DNA of 64,000 bases from Octopus sinensis (GCF_006345805.1 NC_043000.1:144088001-144152000); one strand, 5' to 3'; shown: positions 24,780 to 38,625, counted from the first letter of the stretch. Numbers and translations are program-made. Notes: generated from the letters alone by a model not told the origin.

Positions 24780-25690
24780 TAAGAGATCTTTTAACTTGGC
24801 CTCATTCAACTTCATGACAGTAGCCGCTACAGTCTGCAGAAGTCTCCCGAGATAGCCCTGGTCTTCCTTCTGTATTTTATCCAAGCCCTTACCCACGTTA
24901 GACATTACCTAAGCGTACTCAATCAGGAAGCTGAAATCAGAGACAGTGAAGGTATGGAGGGTCAGCGTTTTCCTCACTCTATGGACAGCTGCCCTATTTT
25001 CCTCCGGCTCGTTGTTGAGGACAACAGCAAAGTCATAGGTAGAGTACTATCTGATACGTCCAGAAGCTGTCTATTTCCACCTTGCTGCGGCTCTGTAGAT
25101 TCTACTGCCGCTGTGCCTCGGAAATGGCCTTCTTTTAGGCCGATTTGAACGAAGAGCTGTCAGAAAACATGTCGGTATCCAAACTGGCAAGCAGATTGGA
25201 ACTATGGTCGGCGCACTTCATGTATCCCGGTAGGTTTAAGCTCAATCTTCAGGACTCGTCATGTAAGGCCTCAACGGAGATGTACCCAACTTCATTCACA
25301 CCTCCAGCTTCGGGATTCATGTCCAGGTCAACATCCTCGACGCCCCCCATGTCTGGATCGGTAGTAGCCTCTAGAATGTCTAGCAAATGTTCAACTTCTG
25401 TACGAAAATAGATAAATGCCTTAAAAATTTTGAAATTGTCCGTCGTGTTCCAGGTCAGCTTGTCTTGCAACTGGAACTTGCAAAAGTTGTCCACCATGTG
25501 ATTTCCCCTGAGCCACGAGCTGGCAAGGGCGATCCGTTGTCTCGTGCGGGTTTAGGGTCCAGCAAGTTTGCTGTCATCCCAAGGTAGGACCTTTTGTGAT
25601 CCGACCAGCAGTTCGCGGTGGTCGTCACACAGGGGATAGCCTTCAGCAATTTGTAATTAAAAGTTGTTAAACTGTAAAGGGACATAAGTT
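24780..25690 (-). mobile_element. hAT-superfamily transposase fragment (pseudogene)
   Basis: CVTTTANCWSDHKRSYLGMTA (first catalytic D apparently changed to N), TTDN-FKIFKAF, and LPGYMKCADHSSNLLA (CxxH motif). Frameshifts and stops are present. Confidence 0.8.
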
Positions 25691-25708
25691 GTAAAGAAGA
25701 AAACTTAA

Positions 25709-25760
<52 letters not shown>

Positions 25761-26588
25761 GCACAAACGCTAGTGGGTAGAATATTCCTTAAATTAATAC
25801 ATAAGCTTCTCGCCAGTTCCCATAAGTACTGGAACATTTTCAACAGGCAGAGAGTTACAGTCTCGTTTATGAAAGCTTCCTAGTTAGCGCTCTTAACCCA
25901 CAGAAAGAGGCAAGCTATTGATGCAGGGAGGCCACTGTGAAGCTAAAGAGGTTGTCTATGAAACCGAAGTACTGACAATATAACCGGTAGAAACAGTACC
26001 AGCCTTAGATATGAGAACAGAACTAGCAACACCGCCACAATCGCCACAGCTAACAACACTAGCAACAACAGCAATAACAGCACCACCGGTATCATTGACA
26101 TTTTCTTCAACGGCAACAACAGTAACAACAACAGCATGACCATCAGCTCCAGCATTACCAACAACGTCCATAACGTCAATAGTAGCAGACCTGACAATCC
26201 CTATAGAGCAGCAACAGTTCCAGTGCCACTGCCAGCTATACTGACCGCTTTGGAGGAAGCTAAAGAGCCTATACTGGAACGTTACCTGGAAAAAGGACCA
26301 CCAGTCACCAGTGTAGGTTACAGGGAAACGCTGGCTAACAAACTGAAACCACTAATTCGAACCAAATGTCAAGGTCAATTGTCAAAGCAAGTTTTATTTT
26401 TGTAGACCAATGCACAATCACATACGGACCACACCGTTGAAAACCATAGACAAATTGAGTTTTAAATTGCTGGAACATACTGCATAGAGTCTAGCTATTA
26501 CTATGATCTACTTTCACCTCTTTGGACAACTCAGATTTTCTTTACGAGGTCGTCGATTAGCTACAGACAAGGAAGAGCAGTATGTGTA

Positions 26589-26645
<57 letters not shown>

Positions 26646-28097
26646 GGAGACAGAACTGCTAAGGAAAAATTTATGTATGTATATGTATACAGAAGTTCAC
26701 ATTCGCTTACACTAATATACGTATACACACATGTGTGCGTGTGTGTGTGCGTGTGCGAGCGTGTGTGTGTTTGTATGCGTGTGTGCTCATACAAAATTGT
26801 GAGCTAACAAAATCAGTTTTTGTCGTTTGTATACAACTACTGGGGTTGCTGCCGAAGAATGAGGGTACCCATGAACAAAACGCGGGAACTGGTTTACTCA
26901 CAAGTGAATAGAAACTGTAAAATTAAATGATAAAAATTTTTTTTAATGAAACCTGCCAAATTAATCGGTGCAGAAACACGTCACTATCCCAAAAGAGAAT
27001 TCTATACAAATGTTGCCACACTGAATAGTGATGATTGATTTGTGATTGAAATATAATATTAAGCAATATTTTTCTGCACGTCTCATTATTGTTGAAATAA
27101 ATTGTTATTAGATCAGTCTCATGTGATGGTGATTTGAAATGCGAGTGTGATTTTATTCATTTTATCTCAGACAAGCTCAAACGCAAAATCAAGCTCTACA
27201 AGACAAAGTAATAAATCCCGTTAATTGCATGACACTACAGCTGCTAAGTGCATTGTTCTATACCAACCCTGTGATCGTAATTACAACTAAGAGTACGGGG
27301 CTTTTGGGAGTTAAGTGTCCAGCTCAAGCAATCATTGCAATCATCATTAGTGATTCCATATATTAATTTGTTCATCAGTAAAATTCTCTAGTCATTCCCC
27401 AACTAGTTTGTATTTGGCATCCATTTTATTTAGTTATTCATTTATTTATTTATTTTGGTCTATAGACTTCTAACAGTGTTGTGACATCATTGAAATTTAG
27501 TTAAATTGGTTGGTGCATCAGTTGGAAATACCTGAGTCACAAATTATATCTTTAAATAAAATGTTTCTATGGTCGCGTCAGAGATCATTGGTTTAACTCT
27601 TAATATTTAATTGTAATTTGAAATTATTACAGAATGCAACTAAATAAGAAAGAGTATGATTATCTTCACTGAAAAGTCATCAAATACTTCTCCCTTCGTG
27701 ACAAGCTGTTATCAAATATGCATTCACTAATATGGTCATTGACCTTAATTAGAGTAGGATTTTGATGGAATTTATAACATTAGAACAGAATCGGCTTCTT
27801 ACAAACACCACTTTCATGTATACATACATGCCTACATACATATACACATACATACAGATATGTATTTAAGTGTATGTATGTCATTGTTCAGTTTTACTGC
27901 AAGATTTCTTGCCAATAGAGAAAGAGCCGGTTTCTAAGCCAGATCCAAGGCTCCTTCATTGGAATTACAACATCGAAAACCAGGTATTTTTGCTTCTTTG
28001 TTCGTTTGTATATCTTATGTCTATTCTTTGCGTAAAGTTTCAAGTAATCTACAAAGAAATAGTGTGTGTTTCAGGTATATGTGTTTCCTTGTGAACC

Positions 28098-29230
28098 TTC
28101 AGACCTCCTTAACATGAATGAGAAGGGTTTACAGAATGTATAAACAACATCATAGAGAGATTGTCCACCTCGAATTTCCCTTTGCAATACTGTTTTCTAT
28201 CAGTGATAATACAGTCACTCTTTGTGTTTAATTTCAAGATGGTGGCCCACGATGAAGTCAGGACGGCTATGGCTTTAACTATGCTCACTGGGACTTTAGC
28301 AAGTTGAAGCTCTTCTAGTATCCATGAGTGGGGAACAGAGCTAACGGCATTCTTACAGTCTAGCCATATTGACACTAGGCTCCTCCTATGCTCTCGCAAC
28401 TCTGACATCACAGTTTTGTTGATTAACATTTGTTCAGCGAGTCCTCAGATTCCTTTTTCTCAGCTGCTTGTTCTGCTGTTATGATATTATTGGTTTCCCA
28501 ATGGTCCTGGGGAAAGAAGTTTAAGCATGCTGCATGTATCTTATACATTCAGTTCTGGCATGCGATTGGCCACAAGGTTTTTGCATTTGGGGATAAATTT
28601 TGTCTCTGTCAGAGCTAACGAGTATTGTATTTTTCTGTTCCCATCGAGAAGTTGCTGGTACACCTTGATAAGATACGATCGGTAGAAGGTTAGTTTCTTG
28701 TACAAATGTCAAACAAACAATTCTCTGCCAGGTGCTTTTCCATTCTAGAGTTTCTAGATCGCAGTTGCAAGAATTTCACCATCAATGTTGTATGTCTTGG
28801 GTGTAACACAGGAGCAATTACTTCTTCGGATTTCTTCCAGTCACAGAGCATCTTAATTAAACTCCTCTTCACTCCAGATTTTCCTCCAGGAGGAGAACAT
28901 TTCTCCTCGTGAAAGAGCATCTGCGATGTTCAATGCTCTTTCCCTCCTGTCTTTGTATACTGCTGTCTGTTTCTTGCTCTTCTCTCATTTATTCTCTTGT
29001 CGGAGCTTTTCACTGACAGCTTTTAGCTCCTGGTTGAGGGTAAACAGGTTGCGAGTGTCTTTCTTTTGGTGTCTCCAGACATCCTTTCTATCTCCTAGTT
29101 TCTGTTGGTGAGGTGTATAGTGATTTGTTTCTTTGCACGCAATAAGCATCATTACATGACAGACGGTCTTCCGTAAACCATTATTCTTTAACTCTGTCTT
29201 CAAAACCCATATTGGTACTTTCTTTGTTGT
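28098..29230 (-). mobile_element. Decayed R4/Dong-clade LINE, RT N-terminal half
   Basis: LINKTV...IWLDCKNAVSSVPHSWILEELQLAKVP...DNLSMMLF. Confidence 0.75.
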
Positions 29231-29524
29231 TTCCGTTTTGTTTACTTACTCAGTGCCATTCATGTACTCCTTTCTAGTTGTAGCCAGAGCATATAAACAG
29301 GTGTTAATCTGCCAGAATATGGGTTCATCACACTGCTGTAAATATTCATTACTAATTTCGTTAACAGCTTTTTGTGCCATAACTGGTGTTTTTTTTACTT
29401 ACGTTGGTAGAGAATACTCTCTCGAGGGATTACTTCAAATCCAAATTTGAACTATTAGTGTTTTATAGTATGATTACTATTATTTATAGTGGATAATAAT
29501 AATATGAATTATATATATATATAT

Positions 29525-30244
29525 ATTATATAAAAGGGCTTAGTAAAATAAATTACTTTGCCGCATACTGAACTCATTAGAAATAGCAGCTAAAAAAACT
29601 TTTTAAAACTATTTCTAATACTTAAGAAAACCTCTCTCATATAGTGTTTGCTCAATTCAACTCACGAAAGTATGGGGGTAGAGACATTAAAAAATCAAAT
29701 GCAAAGGTTATTTGAGAACGTACGTTTCAAGATTAGTCAAACTCGACATTTCTATCATCAGCTCAGAACTCCCTGGTTTGGATTTGAAAACACTGAAAGT
29801 GGGAGCATACCCTTTCGGCTTCTTATCGCTTCTGAAGATCTGCTCGAAACTAACAGTGCCAACAAACTCAAAATGCAAGCGAAGAATTTCTGCTCTCCCC
29901 TTTCCACCAGCGTGGGTTAAAATCAGTAACACTATGCTTTTTTCGGTAAAATCCGAGGCATTATATAGAGAGAGATGAATTATAATTTCAACAATTGAGG
30001 GTAAAATTAATTAATTAATCAATTTCACCAAGTATTCAGTATTCTTTAAGTATTAGAAATAGTTTTAAAAAAGTTTTTTAGCTGCTATTTCTAATGAGTT
30101 CAGTATGCGGCAAAGTAATTTATTTTACTAAGCCCTTTTATATAATGTAATAATTTGAATTCGCCTTAATTGGTCCCTTTGCATACTGAATACTTGGTGA
30201 AATTGATTAATTAATTAATTTTACCCTCAATTGTTGAAATTATA
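29525..30244. repeat. Interlocked inverted repeats A...B A'...B' (A 29525-29625 / 30046-30146; B 29981-30042 / 30183-30244)
   Basis: The 62-bp B arms are perfect. The 101-bp A arms differ only in an A/T run. The layout resembles an inverted partial pLTR of Penelope-like insertions (inference). Confidence 0.85.
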
Positions 30245-30252
30245 TATATATA

Positions 30253-30300
<48 letters not shown>

Positions 30301-30349
30301 GTAAGCAAACACACACATATATATATATAATATAAATGAAACATATATA

Positions 30350-31190
30350 TTCAGTACAAGACATCACCTACCTGCGAAAATTACGTAAACACACAACAGG
30401 AGACAAGTACGGGACAAAATACCAAATTAACTCTAACTCTTCCTTAGTTTTCGACTGTTTATTACTACCTGTTTCGTGCATTTAAAAAGACAGGAAAACG
30501 TCGTGCATTGAACAAGACAGCAGCATCAAGAAATTACAAAAATATAGCATTCATGGAGAGTTAGGACTTCGAACGAACAAACGATACCAGAGTGGACGCA
30601 CGGAAACGATCGACGAACAGGCGTTAAGGGCCAAGACGAATTGTAATGGGTAAAGCTTAGGAGAAATTTTGAAAGGATATAGAATAAAATGAAGACAAAA
30701 ATAGAAGAGAAAAAAGATATCGAGAGGCGAGAAAAATGACGTCCGGCAGTGGGAGTACCATCCAGAAAAGACAAAGAGAAGAGAAAAATGGCCTGTAGTC
30801 ATGTGTGAGCAACACGTGGAGGGAGAGGGTGCCAAGAGAGAGCAGAGGACTGCAAAGAAGGAGGGAGAGAAAAAGAAATATAGAGGATTATAGAGGGATA
30901 GAGTGACAGAAAGAAAATAGACAGAGAACCGATTCGGAGAAATTATATATAAATGTAAAATTTTACTGTTGACAAAGGCTGCGTACAGGATGTCATCAAC
31001 GAGCGAAATTACATAAATACAGAACGAGAGACAAGTACGGGACAACATACCAATACAGAGACATCCCACTGTACACTGCCTCCTGAAGATTACCGCTAGC
31101 TCTCAATGCACATGCAACCGTGTGCTGCCATCTTTTGTCACGTACAGACAGAATTAGACCAAGAACTTTTTGATACCACGACAATTATAT
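30350..31190 (-). mobile_element. Possible diverged Tx1-like ORF2 C-terminus and 3' UTR with an internal duplication
   Basis: SVRDKRWQHTVACALRASGNL loosely resembles the Tx1 C-terminal F..RW..VA. GAGACAAGTACGGGACAA(A/C)ATACCA occurs at both ~30400 and ~31027. Confidence 0.35.
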
Positions 31191-31399
31191 ATTTTTATAT
31201 AGAGAGAAATATTTTTTTTTAAATGGAACATAAACGCAATAGTGGAAATTAAAACGTTCGGACAAACGATACAAAAATGGACGGGAGAAACAACAATTAG
31301 AAGGACGGGGGAAAATGACAAGTCATTCGTAACCTTCTTTCTTCAGTCAAGTTATATTTGTATCTGTTTTGTGTCATCGGGGTAAGATTGCAGTGCTAT

Positions 31400-31690
31400 A
31401 ATTTTTCCATCCCAAAATGGTGTCCGACCAGGATTTTCTATGTCTCTCTCTCCAGCAGCCTCACTCAAGGGCGTCCTAAAGAAAGATTTAGCGCAAGGAC
31501 TTGCGGCAGGATACTAGGCAAGTTTTAATCTTGTTTTTACCAGCGCAAAGAGTGGTTCCTGTGAGCCAGCGTATTTGTAGACGTACTGTTTGGCACACTG
31601 ACAAAGCGATTCATTTTGTGTAGGGGTTGTTTACGGCCTTCTAATTTACTTCTGCCTAGATATTTCGTGCCTCCATGTCAACTGTAAGAA
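31400..31690 (-). mobile_element. RTE-clade LINE 3' remnant
   Basis: AGSQEPLFALVKTRLKLA...SWSDTILGW-like frame resembles RTE LLATVKRRKLAWFGH...SWLDNIKEW. Confidence 0.5.
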
Positions 31691-31769
31691 GTGTGTACAT
31701 CTGTGGGCATGGGGTGTATACAGACACATACACCTATACAAACATGTAGATTTATATATATGTTTATAT

Positions 31770-32290
31770 GATTGTGACAGTCCACTAGTGATGGAGGAAG
31801 AACATTGCTAACCTTCAGGAACATTGTGCGCTCTAGTACTACATATTTTGCATTTGCCGATCCATTGGAGCCCTGCTATTGACAAGCATACACGACTGTA
31901 AACATTGTAAACCAAGCTTTTCCCATTCAATACACTAGCAGTGCGCTTTCGAGCAGCACACTGAAGTTCTTCATGCAGAATACGGGCTCACTCAAAAGTG
32001 TCGACCACCTCTTTAACCTGCTTCGTCCATCTTTCTCGATGACAGTCATAGCTCTCCCAGTCATTCTTCTGCACATCACAGGCCTTTAATGAGGACATGA
32101 CACAGTCCTTAAGTTGCAGCATGGCATCATAAAAATCGTTGTGCACGGTGCATGTGTACTGACATCGCTCTTTTACTCATGTGTGATGTGAACCCTTTAC
32201 AAACGTCATGTAAGGTTCTTTGAATGATTTCATCAGAGATGTCTCAGACACATTATGAATGTTAGCTGGACCTTAAAAACCCAAAAAACA
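31770..32290 (-). mobile_element. RTE-clade LINE 3' remnant
   Basis: LKDCVMSSLKACDVQKNDWES...RW...VKEVVDTFE...RVCLSIAGL matches the RTE C-terminal pattern YKD.LK.SLK.C.I....WE...CxxC.R.C.S..GL. Confidence 0.7.
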
Positions 32291-32479
32291 CATATTCTGA
32301 GGACATCTCATACGTTGAGTATTGAGGCGATCGTGCACAAGCACCGGTTACATTGAACTGGACTCCTTAGTAGAATGAAAGATAGCAGGATAACTAAGCA
32401 GATGCTATGAGAGGAAATTGTGAATGTAAAGAGACGCCGGCAGAAATATGTATGAACGTACATATATATACATACATAT

Positions 32480-32598
<119 letters not shown>

Positions 32599-32777
32599 TA
32601 ATAAAAAGGGTTCAGCAAAAGAATTGCCTCACCACACACCGAAGTTCAGAAATAGCAGCCAAAAATCTTAGCCATTTCTTCTACTTTAAAAAGGGTCTTC
32701 CAGAGAAAGCATAATACTTGAAGGTTATTCACACAGGCAGAGGGTAACGTAACGAAAATCAATCTATATCCGATTAT

Positions 32778-32856
<79 letters not shown>

Positions 32857-32886
32857 GTATATATATATATATACGTATATATATAC

Positions 32887-32927
<41 letters not shown>

Positions 32928-32963
32928 TATATACATACATCCATACAAATACATATATAGATA

Positions 32964-33012
<49 letters not shown>

Positions 33013-33014
33013 TC

Positions 33015-33575
33015 TATAATTATAAGCATAATTATATTTAGGGTTCAGCAAAAATTGCTTCACCACATACCGAAATTTAGAAATAGCAGTTAAATACTAT
33101 TCCACTCCCATAAGATATCTCCCAAAGAATGCTCTCAACTCACGCAGGTAAAAAGAAAAAAATGAATAAGGAATCCACCCGGCTTTGATTTACTATATAC
33201 GAGTTTCTGTGATAAAGAGATGGAAATATATGTAAAATCATATTTCTACTCACTTAATCCCTTCATCAGTATAGGATTTCAATTTTAAATTTGAGAGCAT
33301 TATTAATTAGCATACGTACTCAACTAGGCGCCATATCTTTACCTGCACGAGTTGAGAGTATTTTTGTCTGGGAGATATCTTATGGTAGTGGAATAATATT
33401 TAACTGCTATTTCTAAATTTCAGCATGTGTTGAAACAATTTTTTCTGAAACCTCATTATAATTAAGCTTATAATTATACAATTTTTGTATATGGTTAATG
33501 AAAGTGGTTCGTTAACATACCGAACTACTTGGTAAAATTATTAATTATTAATTAATTAATTTTACCCTATATCAT
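33015..33575. repeat. Inverted repeat (~138-bp arms, 33015-33152 / 33338-33478) followed by a B'-like segment; related to the 29.5-30.2 kb structure
   Basis: The arms are visible by eye with scattered mismatches. They share tagaaatagcag with arm A. 33517-33570 resembles B'. A third partial arm lies at ~32600-32665. Confidence 0.75.
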
Positions 33576-33585
33576 TATTGATTAT

Positions 33586-33630
<45 letters not shown>

Positions 33631-33631
<1 letters not shown>

Positions 33632-34810
33632 TGGGTTGGCAACTAAGTTCCCGCCATTTAAAAAAAAAATTGGGAATTTATTGCGTTTTTAAATTTTGGA
33701 ATCTATTATTTTCCAGAATTCTATTTTTGGATCATTTTGGAATCTTTCTTTTTTTCTTTTAGTTAATTTAATGCGATTTTTGTTTATTTTCAGATCATTA
33801 AAATGGAATGTCAAGTTAAGGAAAACGAGCAATTTTGACACCTCCTTCTTTTTGCTTTTAATGAAAGTTCCAAACCGTAAAAGCTGCTCGTGACATTTGT
33901 GCTGTGTATGGGGAGAGTGCCATAGCCGAAAGAGCTGCTCGTGATTGATATGCCAAGTTCAAAACTGGAAATTTTGACCCCAAAAACAACACCTCATTCT
34001 GGCCGTACCGTTGAGTTCGATGAAAAACGATTAAACCAACAGTTTTACGAAAATTCTCGTCGAATGACAAGGGATCTGGTAGAGAAAATGGAATGCTCCC
34101 ACACTGCTATAGAAAAGGATCTTCACTCGGTGGGAAGGTTCAGAAATATGGTGCATGGGTTACGCATCCTTTAAGTGACAACAACAAAAATCAAAGAGTC
34201 ACAATCTCCGCTGATTTGCTTGCCCGTCCCCGCTCAACTCATGGACACTAGCAATGATTTCTTTACTGAATAGTTACTGGCAACGAAACATGGTGCCTCT
34301 ACATCAATATGAAGCAGCGTAAGAAATGGCTTGGTCCCGATAACGAAGCGATACAACGCGTGAAACGAGATCTTCATCCGCGTAAACTGATGTTGTGCGT
34401 ATGGTTGGATTGGGAAGCGATTATCCATTACGAATTGCTTGAACGGAACCAAACGGTAAACGCGGAACTCTATGTTCAACAGTTGGAACGACTCAACACG
34501 GCTATTCAAGAGAATATACCTAATCGTTAGCATGGAGTTCTTCTGCTGCACGACAACGCCCGCACTCATATCGCCAATATGACAAAGGAAGCCATTCAAA
34601 CACACGGCTGGGAAGTGCTGCCACACACGCCGTACTCCCTTGATTTGGCACCCAAGGATTTCCACCTCTTTCTATGTCTTTCAAATGCTATGCGTGAAGT
34701 TTCATTTAATATTGATGCAGAATTGAGAGCATCGAACAATTTTCTGAGTCGAAATCGGGTGATTTCTTCCAACGAGGTTTGAAAATCTAGTTGGACAATG
34801 GGTAGAAGTT
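33631..34810 (+). mobile_element. Mariner (DD34D) transposon, 5' TIR intact, 3' end lost in (TA)n; transposase pseudogene from ATG 33803
   Basis: TA|TTGGGTTGGCAACTAAGTTCCCGCC TIR. AARDICAVYGE HTH region, IVTGNETWCLY (D changed to N), KLMLCVWLDWE, LLLHDNARTH, PYSLDLAPKDFHLF. Confidence 0.95.
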
Positions 34811-34811
34811 A

Positions 34812-34924
<113 letters not shown>

Positions 34925-34925
34925 A

Positions 34926-35312
34926 TGTATTACTCTTTTACTTGTTTCAGACATTTATGACTGTGACCATGCTAGAGTGCTGCCTTATATTCGAAGAAAT
35001 CGAACTCAGGGCTTCTTCTTTGTAAGACTTGTACTAATTCTGTCAATTCTCTTTGGCGAACCGCTAGATCACTGGGTCCTAAACACATCAACATCGGTTG
35101 TAGAGCGACACAAACAAATATATACATGTATATATGTATATGACAAGATGCTTTCAGTTTCCATCTAGCATATCCACTCACAAAACATTGGTCGTCCCGA
35201 GGCTATAGTATAAGACAGATGGCCAAGGTGAAACACAGTAGCACTGAACCCCGAACCATGTAGTTGGGAGGCAAGCATCTTACCAGAAATCCATGCCAGT
35301 GACATACACACA
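34926..35312 (-). mobile_element. tRNA-headed SINE, near full length
   Basis: Reverse complement matches the SINE at 58022-58422, including head, body and the tgactgaaacaagtaaaag tail. Confidence 0.8.
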
Positions 35313-36454
35313 CATACACACATATGCACATGCACACAGACATACACACACATACACGCACGCACAATCACACACACACACATAAATATGAAGACGTTGC
35401 CGAACGCTATGCAAAATTCTTCAAATTTATTATCAACATGATGTTACTATGCAGTGGAAATTCTCCTGCCACTAGATATACTCCAGGAATTTGACTGTAT
35501 AACTTGAGTTCATATATATAGAGAATTGATAAAGAATGAAATTAACGACATTCAAAATTCAAAATCACTACATTTAGTTAGATACCTTTTAGAATTTTAA
35601 ATATATTAGGCACATATTTTGTATTCATTATTTTACATTCAATATCTAAAGTGCACAACCAGATCAGGTGAGGTTTTTTTTTTTTAAATAAGCGCTTCGG
35701 TAGTTATTCTTGTCATTTCTCTTAATGTAGTAATGCGTTACCAAAGTAATGTATTATTAAGTGCAGGTAATGGTTACACAGTATTTCACGAATATACTTA
35801 GATGTAAAAACTGATCGAAACAATTGTTGTGATTTCAAAAAAAGAATTTTGGTACTTCCATATACCCTCCTCTCACTCTCACTGTCTCTCAATCTCTTCT
35901 TCTTCCCCTCCCTCGCTTTCTCTCTATCTTTCTCTCTCCCTCAGTGTATACACACACACACGTACATATATATCAGTTTTGTATCACTTCTGTCCGGGAA
36001 CATTTTTTTATGACACTCCTAAACAATGATACTCTAATATACAATTGTTTATGTGAGTATGTGATTATGTGCGTATTTTTTTTTATTTCACGCCTGTTAG
36101 TGTTATTATCATTTTTGCGGCGTTTTTTGTAGCGTATCTTGCTTTTTCTAGAATATTTCCTTAGTTCAGAGCTATATATATCACGGGATACTTATCAAGA
36201 GCCACGGCTTCCAACTACCATCAAAGTACGGATTCTTCTGTCTTGAAGTCTACTGGACCATTCTGGCAAAAGAAAACAATGCCACAACAAAAGAAATCTT
36301 TGAAGATACAATCGATATCAGTGCATTTTAACGACTTAAGTGATATACGTTTGTATATTTATATATATATACATATATATATAAATGTATATGTATATAT
36401 AATTATTTATGTACATGTACATTATATATATATGTATATGTATATGTACATGTA

Positions 36455-36485
<31 letters not shown>

Positions 36486-36508
36486 ACATATATTATATAT
36501 ATATACAT

Positions 36509-36592
<84 letters not shown>

Positions 36593-36786
36593 ATGTATGT
36601 GTACGTGTCTATGTGTGTATGTATGTATGAATGTATGTATCTGAGCAAATTTTCTGAAGTCCTGTATATTGCAAATCTGAATTCATATATGTATATGCCT
36701 TCATGTATAACAGGTTATCACTACACATTTAGCACATGTACCGGAATACATCTATCTGCCTATTTGTCTATCTATACCTCTATCTC

Positions 36787-36840
<54 letters not shown>

Positions 36841-36841
<1 letters not shown>

Positions 36842-37021
36842 CTCATCAACTTCTTCAAGTACCACTTGAAAAGGAAAGTGAGAGTAGAGAGGCAAGTTTT
36901 GTCTAGGGAATGTTTTAAAAAAAGATGGGTGAATGTAGCAAGAATGGCACGTATGAATGACGAAGCCACCTTGAGCATAGTCCTATGAACCCAGAAATCG
37001 AAAACAGAGAGTTGCTTATTT

Positions 37022-37054
<33 letters not shown>

Positions 37055-37386
37055 ATATAAAATGTGACTTCATTGACCGAGGTTACCGTGGTCTTTTCCG
37101 CAGGCTTTTCTTTCCACGGGTAAACCTCACCTGTCCTCCCCTTTACACTTCATATTGACATTTCTGTGATAACGATCCCTATTGATCATTTTTTTTCCTC
37201 TCCCCCCCCCCTTTTTTTTTTTTAACCCCCCCCTTATTTTTGTCCTCTTTCTCTCCTTTTACGATCCCTTTTGATCGAACCTCCCCCTTCCTTTTTTTTT
37301 TTTTTTTTTTTAATACCTTCAAAAGAAAAGCTCTACCTTGTAATTTGTTCTATCTGTGTGCAGCCCTGTGTGGCTAATAAAGAAAC
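36841..37386 (+). mobile_element. 5'-truncated Tx1-like LINE 3' end inserted in (TATC)n
   Basis: LINFFKYHLKRKVRVERQVLSRECFKKRWVNVARMARMNDEATLSIVL* (stop 36988), then a 3' UTR with AATAAA at 37376. (TATC)n lies on both sides (~36786-36840 and 37388-37441). Clade assignment is from motif resemblance. Confidence 0.8.
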
Positions 37387-37387
37387 A

Positions 37388-37440
<53 letters not shown>

Positions 37441-37445
37441 CTGTA

Positions 37446-37496
<51 letters not shown>

Positions 37497-37520
37497 TATA
37501 TATATGTATATATATATGTA

Positions 37521-37566
<46 letters not shown>

Positions 37567-37579
37567 CATATATATATAT

Positions 37580-37611
<32 letters not shown>

Positions 37612-38625
37612 ATATATATTATATATATATATATATTATATATATTATTTACATGCATACGTGTATGTGCGTGCATGTGTGCATGTGTGTTACGTTCTAT
37701 ATGCCTAAGTAAACTATCAATTATGTTTGCTTCGCAATTTTAGCTTTCAATTAACGTTAAAACTCTGTATGTATTGCCTATATGTAATCACAGCACACAG
37801 ATATAATACGTATCGTATATAAACACACACTAACCATTTCATTGCCGAATAATTTTATTTCATGTTTATTGATCTTTACCTTCTCAATAGCTTTTGCTCT
37901 ACAGAATGTCTATATTTGTTTTCTTTTGCTGTTTTCTCCTGAATAAACAATCGAGCGATTCGGAAATTTACTCTGTAGCTGAAACATACTTGTATCACAT
38001 GTTATATATTTAGCTAATCGGAAAGAGTTACACAGAGAGTGATGGAGAAAAATAACATAGAAAAATACGATAAGTAAGTGGAAAGAAATTTGCTTGTAAA
38101 TGGTTCGTTTTCTTTGTTCATCATTTCTTTTGTTTGTTAATGTTTCGTTTCGACCACTTTTTGTCGTAAATGGTGATGCTGAAGAATTGTAAAGTGATTT
38201 CTGAGATACAAATAAAAGCTAAAATAAAGTGAAAATAATACATTAGTAGGAAATTATAGGAAATCTATTCCAATATTCAGCTTGAAATGAATTCCTTTTT
38301 ATTTATCTTTCTTTGGGCCAACTGAGAAGTCTATCAATGGTCCCTTGATGTGCTGGAAATAGCAGCTGAATTTCTTTCCAATTAAAGCTTAGTTTCTTGA
38401 AAAAGTCATCTTGGATATGTGATCACTGATTTATCATGCTTTCCAAGCGACAATATTTGGCCTTCACTTTAATCGTAAATCCGCTCAAGGAATATGCAAG
38501 GGCTTAAAACAAAGAAACATTCGTCCATTTTGCTTTAAATTACATTATTTTTTCTGAACTTTTCTGATTTTCTCTTAAATTCCATTATTTTTCCTGAACG
38601 AAAATATTGTCTGTTTTTTTCATTG

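Noticed and set aside
27532-27640. Strong minus-strand acceptor and donor pair
   Set aside because: All three frames contain stops; at most a non-coding exon.
33255-33275. CTGATGA...GAAA on the minus strand, and other CTGATGA hits at ~44003 and ~44367
   Set aside because: No stem II pairing or no correctly placed GAAA; chance matches.
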